From assembly GCA_963676835.2 (NCBI GenBank), contig CAXXFF010000002.1:480001-544000 (forward strand): DNA of 64,000 nucleotides, given 5' to 3'. This document shows, piece by piece, positions 28,701 through 38,235 of this stretch (positions are counted from its first letter, which is position 1; each line of letters opens with the position of its first letter). The stretch comes from Marispirochaeta sp. GTDB lineage: Bacteria > Spirochaetota > Spirochaetia > JC444 > Marispirochaetaceae. The position numbers and the translations under genes were made by a program. The notes beneath the pieces are model-generated. The model saw only the letters and a list, made by a program, of their open reading frames with translations. It was not told where the DNA came from and ran no database searches.

Positions 28701-28941
28701 TCTTACAACGGTACTGGCACTGATTCCCATGGCATTCTTCCCCGGAGAAGGGGCCGACCTGGTACAGCCCATCGGGAAAACCGTTGTCGGCGGTCTTTCC
28801 GCGGCTACCCTCCTGACGCTGTTTCTGGTCCCGACCCTCTATGCAAGCTTCAACATCCGCGGAGAAAAGCGCAAACAGAAAAAGCAGGCAAAGAGAGAAG
28901 AGAGAATCGCCAAACGTAAAGAGCTGGAAGGAGGTGTTTGA
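25747..28941 (+). CDS. RND efflux permease (AcrB/SwrC-like)
   Basis: GMLVDNSIVILENI, GIVVNNGIVLVD, RLRPILMTT; 1064 aa. Confidence 0.96.
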   Translation: MSVTKSVVNRPTTVAIIFVLLIALGFYAVTDLAIDLYPEIEPPVLLLFTDYSGAGPEEVEKSVTRPLEGGLSNVGNIENITSTSAEGNSMIQIEFTWGTDMAEAANDVRDKLEMVKSYLPDEASAPQIFKFDPSMIPILYLNVSGNRTPEDLREIAEKIIQPRLEQVEGVALVSISGGRERKIRVEIPQNRLEAYNLTLTQIQSMIMGQNVSLSGGSIGEGNINYLISTAGEYTSIDEIKNTVIAYKSGSSIPTTATGNPTRTVRLGDIARVYDGYEDETNAIFINGQSGVYLTVQKQSGTNSVQTSDNVHERIEQINSELPSGVQITVLYDTTKIIRASLKQVSSSAIVGGLLAILILLLFLRSFKTTLIIGLTIPISFIITLMLMYFAGLTLNIMTLSGLALGIGMLVDNSIVILENIYRYREKGAKLSTSAIIGTREMINAIVASTLTTICVFAPLAIFKSQLKMIGELFAGLSFTVVISLISSLFVAMFLVPVLSSKYLPIRSNRQRPRRGFSKSLDSVMAGFFNGLDNMYKNGLRRVLRRRKTTIAVVLVIFLGSLGLLAFGSFEFMPSMDEDMISLSVELPLGTDLDVTKSVMRQLESVAEEEIQGYSSLIVSSGERSFFGFLGGIQTHKGSLTISLPPYEERIMTSTEVKEVLRSHFNEFPSVVFEFESGGMGGGSGSPIDILIKTDDMDLGKETAHRIRQLIQDEIPEITEPVVSLQEGLPQLDIVVDRERAYNLGLTMASVGAEIRANINGATASQYNDQGNEYDILVILDEQDRDEIPDLNKIFVVSSLGQRIPLSSFADTRKTTGPVSINRENQTRTIHVQGGLAPKAQLQKVELQLRKAIAEKIPVNENVVIEFSGDYADLMEYGVKFVIILIISILLVFGVMASQFESFLDPFIIFFTIPLVLTGVIIIYIVTGQSFSIFTAVGLVMLVGIVVNNGIVLVDYTNLLRKRGLPVIDACIEAGGNRLRPILMTTLTTVLALIPMAFFPGEGADLVQPIGKTVVGGLSAATLLTLFLVPTLYASFNIRGEKRKQKKQAKREERIAKRKELEGGV

Positions 28942-29213
28942 TGAAACGTATAGAAATAATTGCCAATAAATCGGTAGAAACCGACCTCCACGAGGCGTTG
29001 AGAAAAGCTGGCGTTGCGGAGCAGTATACCAAATTCCCGCTTATCTACGGGGTCGGAAACTCCGGCCCCCGGATGGGGGATCATATCTGGCCGGAGGAGA
29101 ACTTCAGCCTGGTAGTCTATTGCGACGAAGAGGAGGCTGCAACCATCCGCAGTGTGGTAACAGAACTGAAAAAGTTCTTTACCCAGGAAGGCATAAAGCT
29201 GTTTGAAATGTAA
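28941..29213 (+). CDS. small PII-like transporter-associated protein (PG0541-like)
   Basis: YT....YGVGNSGPRMGDHIWPEEN; translationally coupled to the RND permease (TGATG). Confidence 0.7.
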   Translation: MKRIEIIANKSVETDLHEALRKAGVAEQYTKFPLIYGVGNSGPRMGDHIWPEENFSLVVYCDEEEAATIRSVVTELKKFFTQEGIKLFEM

Positions 29214-29259
29214 ATCAACCAGGGCGTTGTTTCTTCCCTGACAGCCGATTTTAAGCTGC

Positions 29260-30222
29260 TTAAAGCTGCATGAGGGAAGAAAGCTCTTCCCAGCTGCGGA
29301 GAATGCGCAACTTCTCCCACAACTGCTGAGCACGGTCTGCATCATCGCAGCCCTGCTTCAGATAGGAAAAATGGAGCTTCATTTTTCCCAGAATCCATTT
29401 CCTGTCATGACCATCGGTCAGGAATTCATCCCGCAGCTCCTTTAAGAAACCCAGGGCATTACTGCTGTTCCATGAAAGCCTGCGGCTTTGACAAATTTCC
29501 TCTCCAAGAACGGGGCGGCTGAGAATTCCCCTTCCCAGCATCCAGCCCCGGGTTTGAGGAAATTCCTCTTTAAGCCGCAGGTAATCCCCGAATGAGCGGA
29601 TGTCGCCGCTGTAGCAGACCGGGTGAGTTGACTGGCCCAGGAAATCCCCGTAGGCATCGAGGTCGGGAACGCCCCGGTACATCTGCCTGCCGGTGCGGGG
29701 GTGGAGCACAATAAAATCCAGATTATGCCGGTTCAGCACCGGAAGCAGCTTCCGCCATTCATCCCGGCTTTCCAGGCCTATGCGCATCTTCACCGACAAT
29801 GCCGGCAGCTCCGGACGGCAGGCCCGTGCAAGAACCTCTTCCACAAGTTCCGGATGGGGAAGAATTCCCGATCCGCGTTTTTTCCGTACCACATTGGGAA
29901 CAGGGCAGCCGATATTCCAGTTTACCTGGGTATAGCCCAGACCCGCACAGGCCCGGGAAACAAATTCCACCCCCTCCGGGTCCCGGCCGAGGATCTGAGG
30001 AATAAGGGGTTTATTATAGTTGTTTGCTTCGGGAAGAATGTCCCGAAGATGATAATCGTAGCGCCTGAGTCCGCGGATTGTTCCGATAAAGGGAGCAACT
30101 CCCCCCTCAACCGCAGCTGTGCGCCGGAAAAAAACCCTCCGGTAGGCAGCTGTGGTTATACCTTCAAGGGGAGCAAGAACAAGGGAGTCCGCACTCAGGA
30201 GTAGCGGCGGAAAATTACCCAC
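29260..30222 (-). CDS. tRNA-dihydrouridine synthase family protein
   Basis: LAPLEGIT, PQILG, NIGCP, GSG, SVKMRIG, HPRT, GRG. Confidence 0.9.
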   Translation of the reverse strand: MGNFPPLLLSADSLVLAPLEGITTAAYRRVFFRRTAAVEGGVAPFIGTIRGLRRYDYHLRDILPEANNYNKPLIPQILGRDPEGVEFVSRACAGLGYTQVNWNIGCPVPNVVRKKRGSGILPHPELVEEVLARACRPELPALSVKMRIGLESRDEWRKLLPVLNRHNLDFIVLHPRTGRQMYRGVPDLDAYGDFLGQSTHPVCYSGDIRSFGDYLRLKEEFPQTRGWMLGRGILSRPVLGEEICQSRRLSWNSSNALGFLKELRDEFLTDGHDRKWILGKMKLHFSYLKQGCDDADRAQQLWEKLRILRSWEELSSLMQL

Positions 30223-30608
30223 AAAGAAGAGAGTATAATAAGATCGGGAGAAAGATTAAAAAGCCATTCAAGAAGGTCGGGTTTGAGAAAACCATTCAGG
30301 AAATAGTAGAACACAACCCGAAGAGTCCAGAGGGCAAATACAATCAGCGTTGCAAAAAATAATGTCCGGTTCTGCACAAGCAGAAAAAGACCCACAAAAA
30401 GTATGGTTCCCGAAACAAGCTCTGCAACGGAAATAATAACCGCCGTCACATCACTGCGGAACCCGAAGAAACGGAAGAAGTCCCGGGAAAGCTGCTGCAG
30501 CTTGGAGGTGTAGTCCATAAGTCCAAGCAGGCCGGACACAATAAGAAAAAGGGCAACCGCAAGTTGAAGAAAAAAGATACCGTCCAGAGAACGTCCCCGG
30601 TTTGACAT
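30195..30608 (-). CDS. hypothetical 4-TM membrane protein
   Basis: AGGAG RBS, four hydrophobic segments, overlaps the dus start. Confidence 0.7.
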   Translation of the reverse strand: MSNRGRSLDGIFFLQLAVALFLIVSGLLGLMDYTSKLQQLSRDFFRFFGFRSDVTAVIISVAELVSGTILFVGLFLLVQNRTLFFATLIVFALWTLRVVFYYFLNGFLKPDLLEWLFNLSPDLIILSSLWVIFRRYS

Positions 30609-30724
30609 ACAGACTCCTGTTAAATATTAATTACACGGACACCTCTGTATTATTAGTGTCTCTATATAATAGTACGGCAATAAGAGGCTTTTGGGCAAGC
30701 TGAATCAGAAAAGGGCTTTTATGT

Positions 30725-31303
30725 TTACCAGCGTACAACCCAGCCAACAGAAGGCGTTATGCTGGAAAGATTATCATTTTTATCAATTGAATCATATTTG
30801 CTGTAAATAATAATAGACTGAAGAAATTGGGTTCTATATTTCAGGCCTATTGAAATACTGTTTGCAGCGCTCAGATCAAATCCGATATTTGCACCGGCTT
30901 CAATAAAGCCCGAACCATACCACTCCAGGCTCATGGTTGGCTGTTGAAATCCAGCATCTACCCAGCCTTTAAGATAGAATTCCCCCATATCCCGCTTAAA
31001 GAAGGGACCAATACCCATGTAATTTATTACACCCTCTATCGGTTCAGAGGAGGGATGAATTACCGAACCGTTCCCGATTTGAAACTGGATTCCAAGCCAT
31101 GAGCTGATATACGAAGAAAAATAAAGATCCAGGGTAGGGGTTACAGTATATGCTCCATCGTCTTTAAGGTGATTATAAAATGACCCGACATAGAACCCAC
31201 AGCCTAAATCCATAGTCATTTCCATAACAGGCTTATCTTCATTTGAAAAGAGATTTGTAGATAGAACTGTAAGCAGGAAGAGTACGGAAATTTTACTTTT
31301 CAT
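30725..31303 (-). CDS. hypothetical exported protein, probable small beta-barrel outer-membrane protein
   Basis: signal peptide, alternating aromatic/Gly beta pattern, C-terminal aromatic (GWVVRW); lower GC. Confidence 0.6.
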   Translation of the reverse strand: MKSKISVLFLLTVLSTNLFSNEDKPVMEMTMDLGCGFYVGSFYNHLKDDGAYTVTPTLDLYFSSYISSWLGIQFQIGNGSVIHPSSEPIEGVINYMGIGPFFKRDMGEFYLKGWVDAGFQQPTMSLEWYGSGFIEAGANIGFDLSAANSISIGLKYRTQFLQSIIIYSKYDSIDKNDNLSSITPSVGWVVRW

Positions 31304-31402
31304 CAAGACAACATAGCAATTCCGGGTAACACCTGCAATCGTCCCTGCTCAGATTTTCAATCTTGACCGCCGAACCCTCTTCGGGGTAGCGTTTCGCTTA
31401 CC

Positions 31403-32755
31403 ATGATAAAAAAACCACATCCGGTGAAGGATATAGTCCGCATCGGAACACCCCTTTTGGCTGGAAACCTGAGCCACTACCTCCATCATGTAACCGATTC
31501 AGCCATGGTCGGCCGCCTGGGAACAGCAGAACTGGGAGCCATGGGCATTGCCACTCTTTTCAGCGGCATAGGATTCACCTTCCTCTGGCCGGTAACCACC
31601 GGAGTTCAGGCCCTTACCTCCCGCCGCTACGGACGGGAACTTGCCGGCAGCGGATCACCGGAGGCCACAGCAGCGGTTCTCGCCAACGGCCTGACCGTGG
31701 CAATTCTCACCGCTCTTGCCTCCTCGCTCTTCTTCCTCACCGCCCCGTTTATTCTGCCCCTTTTGATCGGCAGTGATGACCTTTTCTCAAATGCCATGCT
31801 TTATATAAATACCGTCCGCTACAGCGTACTTTTTCTTGCCCTGCAGATGGCCATAACCGGTTTCTTAAGCGGGATAAAACAGACCGGAGCTATTATGAAG
31901 GCGACCCTGTTTGGAAACCTTCTGAATATCCTGCTTAACTATCTGCTTATTTTCGGAAAGTTCGGATTCCCCGAAATGGGTATCCGCGGCGCAGCTCTGG
32001 GAACTGTAATTACCGAAGTAGTCCTGGTTCTCTATCTGCTGCTGGTACTCTATCGAAAAAAAATGGTCAGCCGTGGAAAAATCATAGGGGAAAAAGTTAT
32101 TCATCTGCCCCTGATGGGTTTTATTACCAAAGCCTTTCTCCCTCCCATGATACAGAACATTATTGCCCTCGCAGTCTTCTTAAGTTACCAGTCCCTTGTA
32201 AATATTCAGGGAACTGTCTACCTGGCGGTTACCCATATAGCCTTTGCCATGTTCCGCATTAATAAAACCATAGTCGGAGGATTCGCCAGAGGGTCTGCAA
32301 TTCTTGTGGGCAACGAACTTGGCGGAGAAGATCCGGAAAGAGCCCGGCAGGTAATAATGGGATGTGAGTTTCTTGCTGCATTAATCGGTGTTGTGCTGCT
32401 GCTTACGGTAATGCTGTTTCCCGGAGCAATAGTATCGCTCTTCTCAACAGATGCATCTACTATCGCCCTCGGTATCAAGGCTCTGCGCTTTTTTGCTCCC
32501 TTCTATTTTATTGAGATTATGGGATATTCCTTTGAAATTATTTTTTCCAGTAACGGTTGGGGAAGGTATGTTCTGTTTTCCGAGTTTACCACCAACCTGC
32601 TGTTTATCCTGGGAATGACCGCCCTGTTAACCCTTGTTTTTCATTTCGGGATTTTTGCCGCCTGGCTCTCATTCGGGCTGTATCAGGTTTTCCATGCCCT
32701 GATTCTTGCCGCCGGGTTTATTTCCGGCCGCTGGAAAAAGGTTCAGGTAGATTAG
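31403..32755 (+). CDS. MATE-family efflux transporter
   Basis: DSAMVGRLG, NILLNYLLIFG.FG.P.MG..GAA, W.K C-terminus. Confidence 0.92.
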   Translation: MIKKPHPVKDIVRIGTPLLAGNLSHYLHHVTDSAMVGRLGTAELGAMGIATLFSGIGFTFLWPVTTGVQALTSRRYGRELAGSGSPEATAAVLANGLTVAILTALASSLFFLTAPFILPLLIGSDDLFSNAMLYINTVRYSVLFLALQMAITGFLSGIKQTGAIMKATLFGNLLNILLNYLLIFGKFGFPEMGIRGAALGTVITEVVLVLYLLLVLYRKKMVSRGKIIGEKVIHLPLMGFITKAFLPPMIQNIIALAVFLSYQSLVNIQGTVYLAVTHIAFAMFRINKTIVGGFARGSAILVGNELGGEDPERARQVIMGCEFLAALIGVVLLLTVMLFPGAIVSLFSTDASTIALGIKALRFFAPFYFIEIMGYSFEIIFSSNGWGRYVLFSEFTTNLLFILGMTALLTLVFHFGIFAAWLSFGLYQVFHALILAAGFISGRWKKVQVD

Positions 32756-32759
32756 GTGA

Positions 32760-34856
32760 TTAAGTTGAAGATCGGAAATGAACTGCCGTGTCGGGAGCAC
32801 CCCGGAGGGCGGTAAAATCCTGACCGCTCATGGGCTTTCCAAAGAGATATCCCTGATAGATATCACAGCCGGCCTGCTGCAGAAAATCCAGCTGCTCCCG
32901 GTGCTCCACACCCTCGGCAACAACAGAAAATCCGAGATCGTGGCTCAGGCCGATGATGGCATTGATAATCGTGGACGATTTCTGGCTGTAGTTAAGATTC
33001 TCCAGAAATGATTTATCTATTTTGATAGTATCCACCGGAAAATCCTTCAGCTGCTTAAGGGAAGAATAGCCGGTGCCGAAATCGTCAATGGCGATCTTTA
33101 TTCCTCTGGCGGTCAACTCCTTGAGTTTACCCACCGCATCATCCTGATCCTGCATAATTCCCGTTTCGGTGATTTCAAGCTCCAGGAAGGCAGGATCAAA
33201 GCCGGTCTCTTCGAGAATATCCAGAATGCCCTTTACCAGATCGGGCTGGCAGAACTGAAAGGGCGAAAGGTTAACCGCAAGCTGAGGGACTATCTGTTCC
33301 CCTGCGGTCATCTTCAGCCAGCTGCTGCAGGCATTGCGCAGAATCTCCCTGCCGAATTCAACAATCAGGCCCGACTGCTCCACCACGGGAATAAAAGTAT
33401 CGGGGGGAACAATCCCCAGGTCGGGAGATTTCCAGCGGGCCAGGGCTTCAGCACCGAGGATCTGCCCGGACCTCCCCACCTTCGGCTGGTACTGCAGAAA
33501 GAACTCATCATTGCCAACGGCCCGTTCCAGTTTCCGCTGCATACTGCGGCGGGCCTGCAGAGAGGTGTGCTGACGGCGGTTGTAAAACTGATATGCCGAG
33601 CGCCCCTTCTCTTTTGCCATAAACATGGCGGTTTCACAGTTTCGGATTAGCTGTTCCTCATTTTGGCCATCATCAGGGTAGACTGCAACACCGATACTGG
33701 CGGCAACCCGAATCTGCTCGCCGTTGATCGCCAGGGTATGGGAGAAGCGGTCCAGGGTTTTCTGTACAATGGGCACAACATGCTCGGTGCGCTTGATATC
33801 TGTAAGAAGAACAGCAAACTTGTCCCCTTCAAGGCGGGCAACGGAGTCTTCTTTACGGTAGATGGAATTAAGATCCTCACCGATCTCTATGAGAATCCGG
33901 TCTCCCATCTTCGGTCCGTAGAGGTCATTAATCTCCTTGAAGCGGTCCAGTCCGATACAGAGAACCGCAAAGGTTGCAGCCCGCCGTTTAATATGTCTGA
34001 GCTCAAGGCCTATGCGCTCAAAAAACATGCGCCGGTTGGGAAGCCTGGTAAGATAGTCGTAGTGCTGAAAAAAGCGGGCTTTTTCTTCGGCTTTTTTCCG
34101 TGCCGAAATGTCCCGAATAGTAAGAATAACCCCGCCGATACGGAAATTATCCAGCTGATTATTGCAGTTTGCCTCGACGCGGACATACTCACCGGAAAAA
34201 ACCCGGAGGCGGAAATCGAGAATGTCAAAATTCTTAAGATCTGTTATACCGCTCACATAGAGGGCGTTTACCTGATCCTTGTCTTCATCATGAATCAGAT
34301 CCCTGAGACAGCGGCCGATAAGATCATGGGGGCCGTAGCCCAGCAGGCTGAGTACCGCTCCGGTGGCATACTCAATCTGCATGCCGTCGCCCACGACCAG
34401 ACTTATCTCCTGGCTCAGCTCAACCATGGCATTCAGCTTTTCTTCATTGCCCAGGAGTCGTTCTTCGTAGCGCTTCCAGTGGGTAACATCAAAAATATTT
34501 ACCACCGAAAGATTCTCTTCCGGCACAGGGCCCACCTGAACCAGCAGCCCCCGGTGAACGCCATTGCGGTCTATTATGGAACATTCATACTGCAATGGAA
34601 TGTCGGGATCCCCGTCCTGCCGGCGGTTGTGAAAATACCGCACTTTCTGAAGATCATCGTCCCGCACCAGTGAGTCCCAGTGTACTCCGCCGGAAAGCAG
34701 ATCCTCCCGGGAATATCCGGTAATCTCGCTGACTGCGCCGTTAACATATTTGAGGTTAAGCCACTGATCAAAAACCAGAATAGCCGTTCGTGAGTTTTCT
34801 ATTACTGTTTTATAAAATCCATCAGGATTCTTCGAGTCAACATTCACCGTATGCAC
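32760..34856 (-). CDS. PAS-PAS-GGDEF-EAL protein (probable c-di-GMP phosphodiesterase)
   Basis: degenerate EGDKF; intact YQP, EAL, VNLS, ELEITE, DDFGTGYSS, KID, AEGVE, QGY. Confidence 0.92.
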   Translation of the reverse strand: MHTVNVDSKNPDGFYKTVIENSRTAILVFDQWLNLKYVNGAVSEITGYSREDLLSGGVHWDSLVRDDDLQKVRYFHNRRQDGDPDIPLQYECSIIDRNGVHRGLLVQVGPVPEENLSVVNIFDVTHWKRYEERLLGNEEKLNAMVELSQEISLVVGDGMQIEYATGAVLSLLGYGPHDLIGRCLRDLIHDEDKDQVNALYVSGITDLKNFDILDFRLRVFSGEYVRVEANCNNQLDNFRIGGVILTIRDISARKKAEEKARFFQHYDYLTRLPNRRMFFERIGLELRHIKRRAATFAVLCIGLDRFKEINDLYGPKMGDRILIEIGEDLNSIYRKEDSVARLEGDKFAVLLTDIKRTEHVVPIVQKTLDRFSHTLAINGEQIRVAASIGVAVYPDDGQNEEQLIRNCETAMFMAKEKGRSAYQFYNRRQHTSLQARRSMQRKLERAVGNDEFFLQYQPKVGRSGQILGAEALARWKSPDLGIVPPDTFIPVVEQSGLIVEFGREILRNACSSWLKMTAGEQIVPQLAVNLSPFQFCQPDLVKGILDILEETGFDPAFLELEITETGIMQDQDDAVGKLKELTARGIKIAIDDFGTGYSSLKQLKDFPVDTIKIDKSFLENLNYSQKSSTIINAIIGLSHDLGFSVVAEGVEHREQLDFLQQAGCDIYQGYLFGKPMSGQDFTALRGAPDTAVHFRSST

Positions 34857-34901
34857 ACCTGTATACTTCGATTAACGGCATGGAGCTGCATAAGATTGAG
34901 G

Positions 34902-36716
34902 CTATCGCCTGCCTCTTCTGGAAGAATCTCTTTTCCCCGGAGCAACCAGAGCATTCCTGCCGAAGCCGATAAGGTCCGTCCGCCCCGCTTTTACCAGAGC
35001 TTTCCTCACCAGAGAGGCATTTTCCGGTCTGTTGAACTGCAGCAGCGCCCGCTGCATCTGTTTTTCCTCATAACTGCGGGGTACATAAATCTGTTTCATA
35101 TTCCGGGGATCAAGCCCGGTATAGTACATGCAGCTTGAGACGGTTCCCGGGGTTGGATAGAAATCCTGTACCTGTTCGGGGATAAACCGCTGCTGCCGGA
35201 AAAACAGGGCAAGCTCAATTGCATCCTCAAGGGTGGATCCCGGATGAGAGGAGATAAAATAGGGAACCATAAACTGCTTCTTCCCGAGAGAGGTATTCAT
35301 CTTTTCATATTTCTCCCGGAACTCAAGAAAAACGCCATGAGGAGGTTTTCCCATAGCCGCAAGCACCCGGCCCGAAACATGTTCAGGCGCGACCTTCAGC
35401 TGACCGCTCACATGGTGGGCGCAGAGTTCCCGCAGGAAATCTTCATTCCCTGCCTCAAGAAGATAATCGAAGCGTATTCCCGAGCGGATAAAGACCTTTT
35501 TAATCCCCGGCAGTTTGCGCAGTTTTTTTAATAGAGAAATATAATCACCATGATCGGTATCCAGGTGAGGACAGGGTTTCGGAAAAAGACACATCCGCTG
35601 TGGACAGGCCCCGGCGGATGCCTGTTTCTTGCAGGCAGGATGCCTGAAGTTCGCCGTAGGGCCGCCCACATCGTGGATATAGCCCTTGAAATCGGGCATT
35701 GCCTTTACCTGCTCCGCCTCTTTAATCAGAGAGACATGGCTTCGGGACTGGATAACCCTCCCCTGGTGAAAGGTAAGAGCACAGAAACTGCAGGACCCAA
35801 AACAGCCGCGGCTGGATACAAGACTGAAGCGAACCTCTTCGAGGGATGGCACCTTATCCGTGTACGACGGGTGCTGCTGCCGCAAAAAAGGAAGGGCATA
35901 GACCCGGTCGAGATCCTCCCGGGAAAGCGGCGGTGATGGAGGAAGCTGAAGAACCCCGCTGGCCCCGTAGGCTTCAAAAAGGGGTTTACCGCTGACCGCG
36001 TCGGCATTCTGAATCTGCAGACGAAAACTTTCCGCATAGGCTCTGCGGTCCGCTTTAAGATCATCATGAGAGGGAAGCAGCACCGTACCTTCAGGAAGAT
36101 CCTCAGGCTGCATTTTTACCACTGTTCCGGGAACATCAAGAATTTCCCGAGCCGGGATGCCACGGTCCATACGGCGGGCGATCTCCACAATACTCTGTTC
36201 TGCCATACCAAATACCAGGAGATCCGCCTTGGCATCCAGCAGAATGGAACGGCGCAGGCTATCTGACCAGTAGTCATAATGAGCCAGCCGTCTTAATGAG
36301 GCTTCTATTCCGCCGAGAATTACGGGAACTTTTTTATAGGCCCGCCGGACGAGATTGGCGTACACGATTGCCGCCCGGTCTGGACGCCGCCCGCCTTCTC
36401 CGCCAGGAGAATAGGAATCCTGACGGCGGGGCTTTTTGGCTGCTGTATAGTTGGCCACCATGGAATCGAGGTTGCCGGCGGTAACCAGAAAGCCCAGCCG
36501 GGGTCGGCCGAAGATCTTCAGACTCTCTTCGCTCTTCCAGTCGGGCTGAGCAATAATTCCAACCCGGAAGCCTTCCGCTTCCAGAATACGTCCGATAATG
36601 GCTGTGCCGAAGGAGGGATGATCCACATAGGCATCCCCGGATACAAGAATAAAATCGCAGCGATCCCAGCCCAGGGAGGACAGTTCGTCTGCAGTACATG
36701 GCAAAAAGCGGTTCAT
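34902..36716 (-). CDS. ygiQ: YgiQ-family radical SAM protein
   Basis: GDAYVDHPSFG, EASLRR.AHYDYW, CFGSCSFC, DVGGPTAN, KVAPEH, QVQDFYPTP. Confidence 0.93.
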   Translation of the reverse strand: MNRFLPCTADELSSLGWDRCDFILVSGDAYVDHPSFGTAIIGRILEAEGFRVGIIAQPDWKSEESLKIFGRPRLGFLVTAGNLDSMVANYTAAKKPRRQDSYSPGGEGGRRPDRAAIVYANLVRRAYKKVPVILGGIEASLRRLAHYDYWSDSLRRSILLDAKADLLVFGMAEQSIVEIARRMDRGIPAREILDVPGTVVKMQPEDLPEGTVLLPSHDDLKADRRAYAESFRLQIQNADAVSGKPLFEAYGASGVLQLPPSPPLSREDLDRVYALPFLRQQHPSYTDKVPSLEEVRFSLVSSRGCFGSCSFCALTFHQGRVIQSRSHVSLIKEAEQVKAMPDFKGYIHDVGGPTANFRHPACKKQASAGACPQRMCLFPKPCPHLDTDHGDYISLLKKLRKLPGIKKVFIRSGIRFDYLLEAGNEDFLRELCAHHVSGQLKVAPEHVSGRVLAAMGKPPHGVFLEFREKYEKMNTSLGKKQFMVPYFISSHPGSTLEDAIELALFFRQQRFIPEQVQDFYPTPGTVSSCMYYTGLDPRNMKQIYVPRSYEEKQMQRALLQFNRPENASLVRKALVKAGRTDLIGFGRNALVAPGKRDSSRRGRR

Positions 36717-36830
36717 TCCGGTCAAGTATGACAAAATTAACAGGATTTTACCAGCAGGGGGCAAACTCCTTATTGACGGCACATAAGCCAGGGGCTAAGC
36801 TTTTAGCACAGCTCTTTCCGGAGGTAAAAA

Positions 36831-37310
36831 GTGTTCTCCTCATCCATTTTCTGGGCGATCAGCGGCCTGCTTCTCATCGGCTCCGAGATGCTCATTCCCG
36901 GCTTTACCATCTTCTTTTTCGGCCTCGGCGCCCTGGGAACGTCCCTGGCCAGCCTTGTTTTTCCCTTTCTGCCGGTACATCTCCAGGCAGTTATATGGCT
37001 GGGACTTTCCATCGGGGGGTTTATATTTCTGCGCAAGCGCTTCAGCTCCGTGCTGCGGGGAACCATTATCTACCGGGATGACGGGGCTGAAAATTTCACC
37101 GGCCGTGAAGCTGCGGTTCTGGAGACAATCAGCCCCGATGAGCCGGGAAGAATCCGGGTAAACGGAACAAGCTGGGAGGCTGCCTGTTATGACGAAACCT
37201 TCAACAAAGGCGACACCGTACTTATTTTGAAGCAGGAAGGTATGCAGTTTATCGTTACCAGCGTAATCGACGAAGCAGATATTGATAAACAGTATAAAAT
37301 AGAGGACTAA
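36831..37310 (+). CDS. NfeD-family protein (short form)
   Basis: W...G..L...E..IPG, then OB-fold GRIRVNGTSW; upstream of SPFH genes. Confidence 0.88.
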   Translation: MFSSSIFWAISGLLLIGSEMLIPGFTIFFFGLGALGTSLASLVFPFLPVHLQAVIWLGLSIGGFIFLRKRFSSVLRGTIIYRDDGAENFTGREAAVLETISPDEPGRIRVNGTSWEAACYDETFNKGDTVLILKQEGMQFIVTSVIDEADIDKQYKIED

Positions 37311-37326
37311 TCAAGGAGGAAATGCT

Positions 37327-38235
37327 GTGAATGTATATTTACTCTACCCGCTGTTGGTTGTGGTAATTGTAGTCTTTTTCAAGCTTGTCCGGATTGTACC
37401 GGAACAGGAAGCCTACATTATCGAACAGTTCGGTAAATATCAGAGAACCCTGGGGGCCGGACTGCATCTGGTCATACCCTTTGTGCAGAGGGTGGCATAC
37501 AAACAGCTCTTAAAGGAGCAGGTAATTGATGTTGCCCCCCAGATCTGTATTACCAATGACAACGTACAGGTTACGGTGGACGGTCTTCTCTATCTGAAGA
37601 TTATCGATGCCGAAAAGGCGAGTTACGGAATCGAGGACTACCGCTATGCCACCGCCCAGCTGGCCAAGACAACCATGCGTTCGGAAATCGGTAAGCTGGA
37701 ACTGGACCGGTCATTCTCCGAACGGGACGATCTTAATGATGCCATTGTTAAGGCGGTGGATTCCGCATCGGACCCCTGGGGAATAAAGGTTACCCGTTAC
37801 GAGATAAAGGATATCTCCCCCACGGAAACCATTGAACAGGCAATGGAAGCCCAGATGCGGGCGGAACGGGAAAAACGGGCGGAGATTCTCAACTCCGAAG
37901 GAGACCGGGAATCCCGGATCAATATTTCCAAGGGAGAGAGGGAAAGCGCCATCAACCTGAGTAAGGGAGACAGGCAGCGGAGAATAAATGAGGCTGAAGG
38001 AAAGGCTCAGGCCATGGAAGTTGTAGCTGCGGCTACCGCTTCGGGAATTTCCGAAGTTGCCGATGCCCTGGCTTCCGCAAAGGGCCGCAGTGCCATGACC
38101 CTGCGACTGACCCAGCAGTATATCGAACAGATGTCGGAGATCTTCAGTTCCGCCGATGTCTCCATCCTGCCCTACGACCTGGCACAGGTAAAGTCGGTCC
38201 TCCAGGCCATGCTCCCTGTGGGAGGTAAATCATGA
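37327..38235 (+). CDS. SPFH/stomatin-like protein 1
   Basis: IVPEQ, ITNDNV.V.VDG, TTMRS.IG, PWGIKV.RYEI, QMRAERE. Confidence 0.92.
   Translation: MNVYLLYPLLVVVIVVFFKLVRIVPEQEAYIIEQFGKYQRTLGAGLHLVIPFVQRVAYKQLLKEQVIDVAPQICITNDNVQVTVDGLLYLKIIDAEKASYGIEDYRYATAQLAKTTMRSEIGKLELDRSFSERDDLNDAIVKAVDSASDPWGIKVTRYEIKDISPTETIEQAMEAQMRAEREKRAEILNSEGDRESRINISKGERESAINLSKGDRQRRINEAEGKAQAMEVVAAATASGISEVADALASAKGRSAMTLRLTQQYIEQMSEIFSSADVSILPYDLAQVKSVLQAMLPVGGKS

Noticed and set aside
33663..34673. 336-aa plus-strand ORF
   Set aside because: Antisense shadow of the GGDEF-EAL gene.
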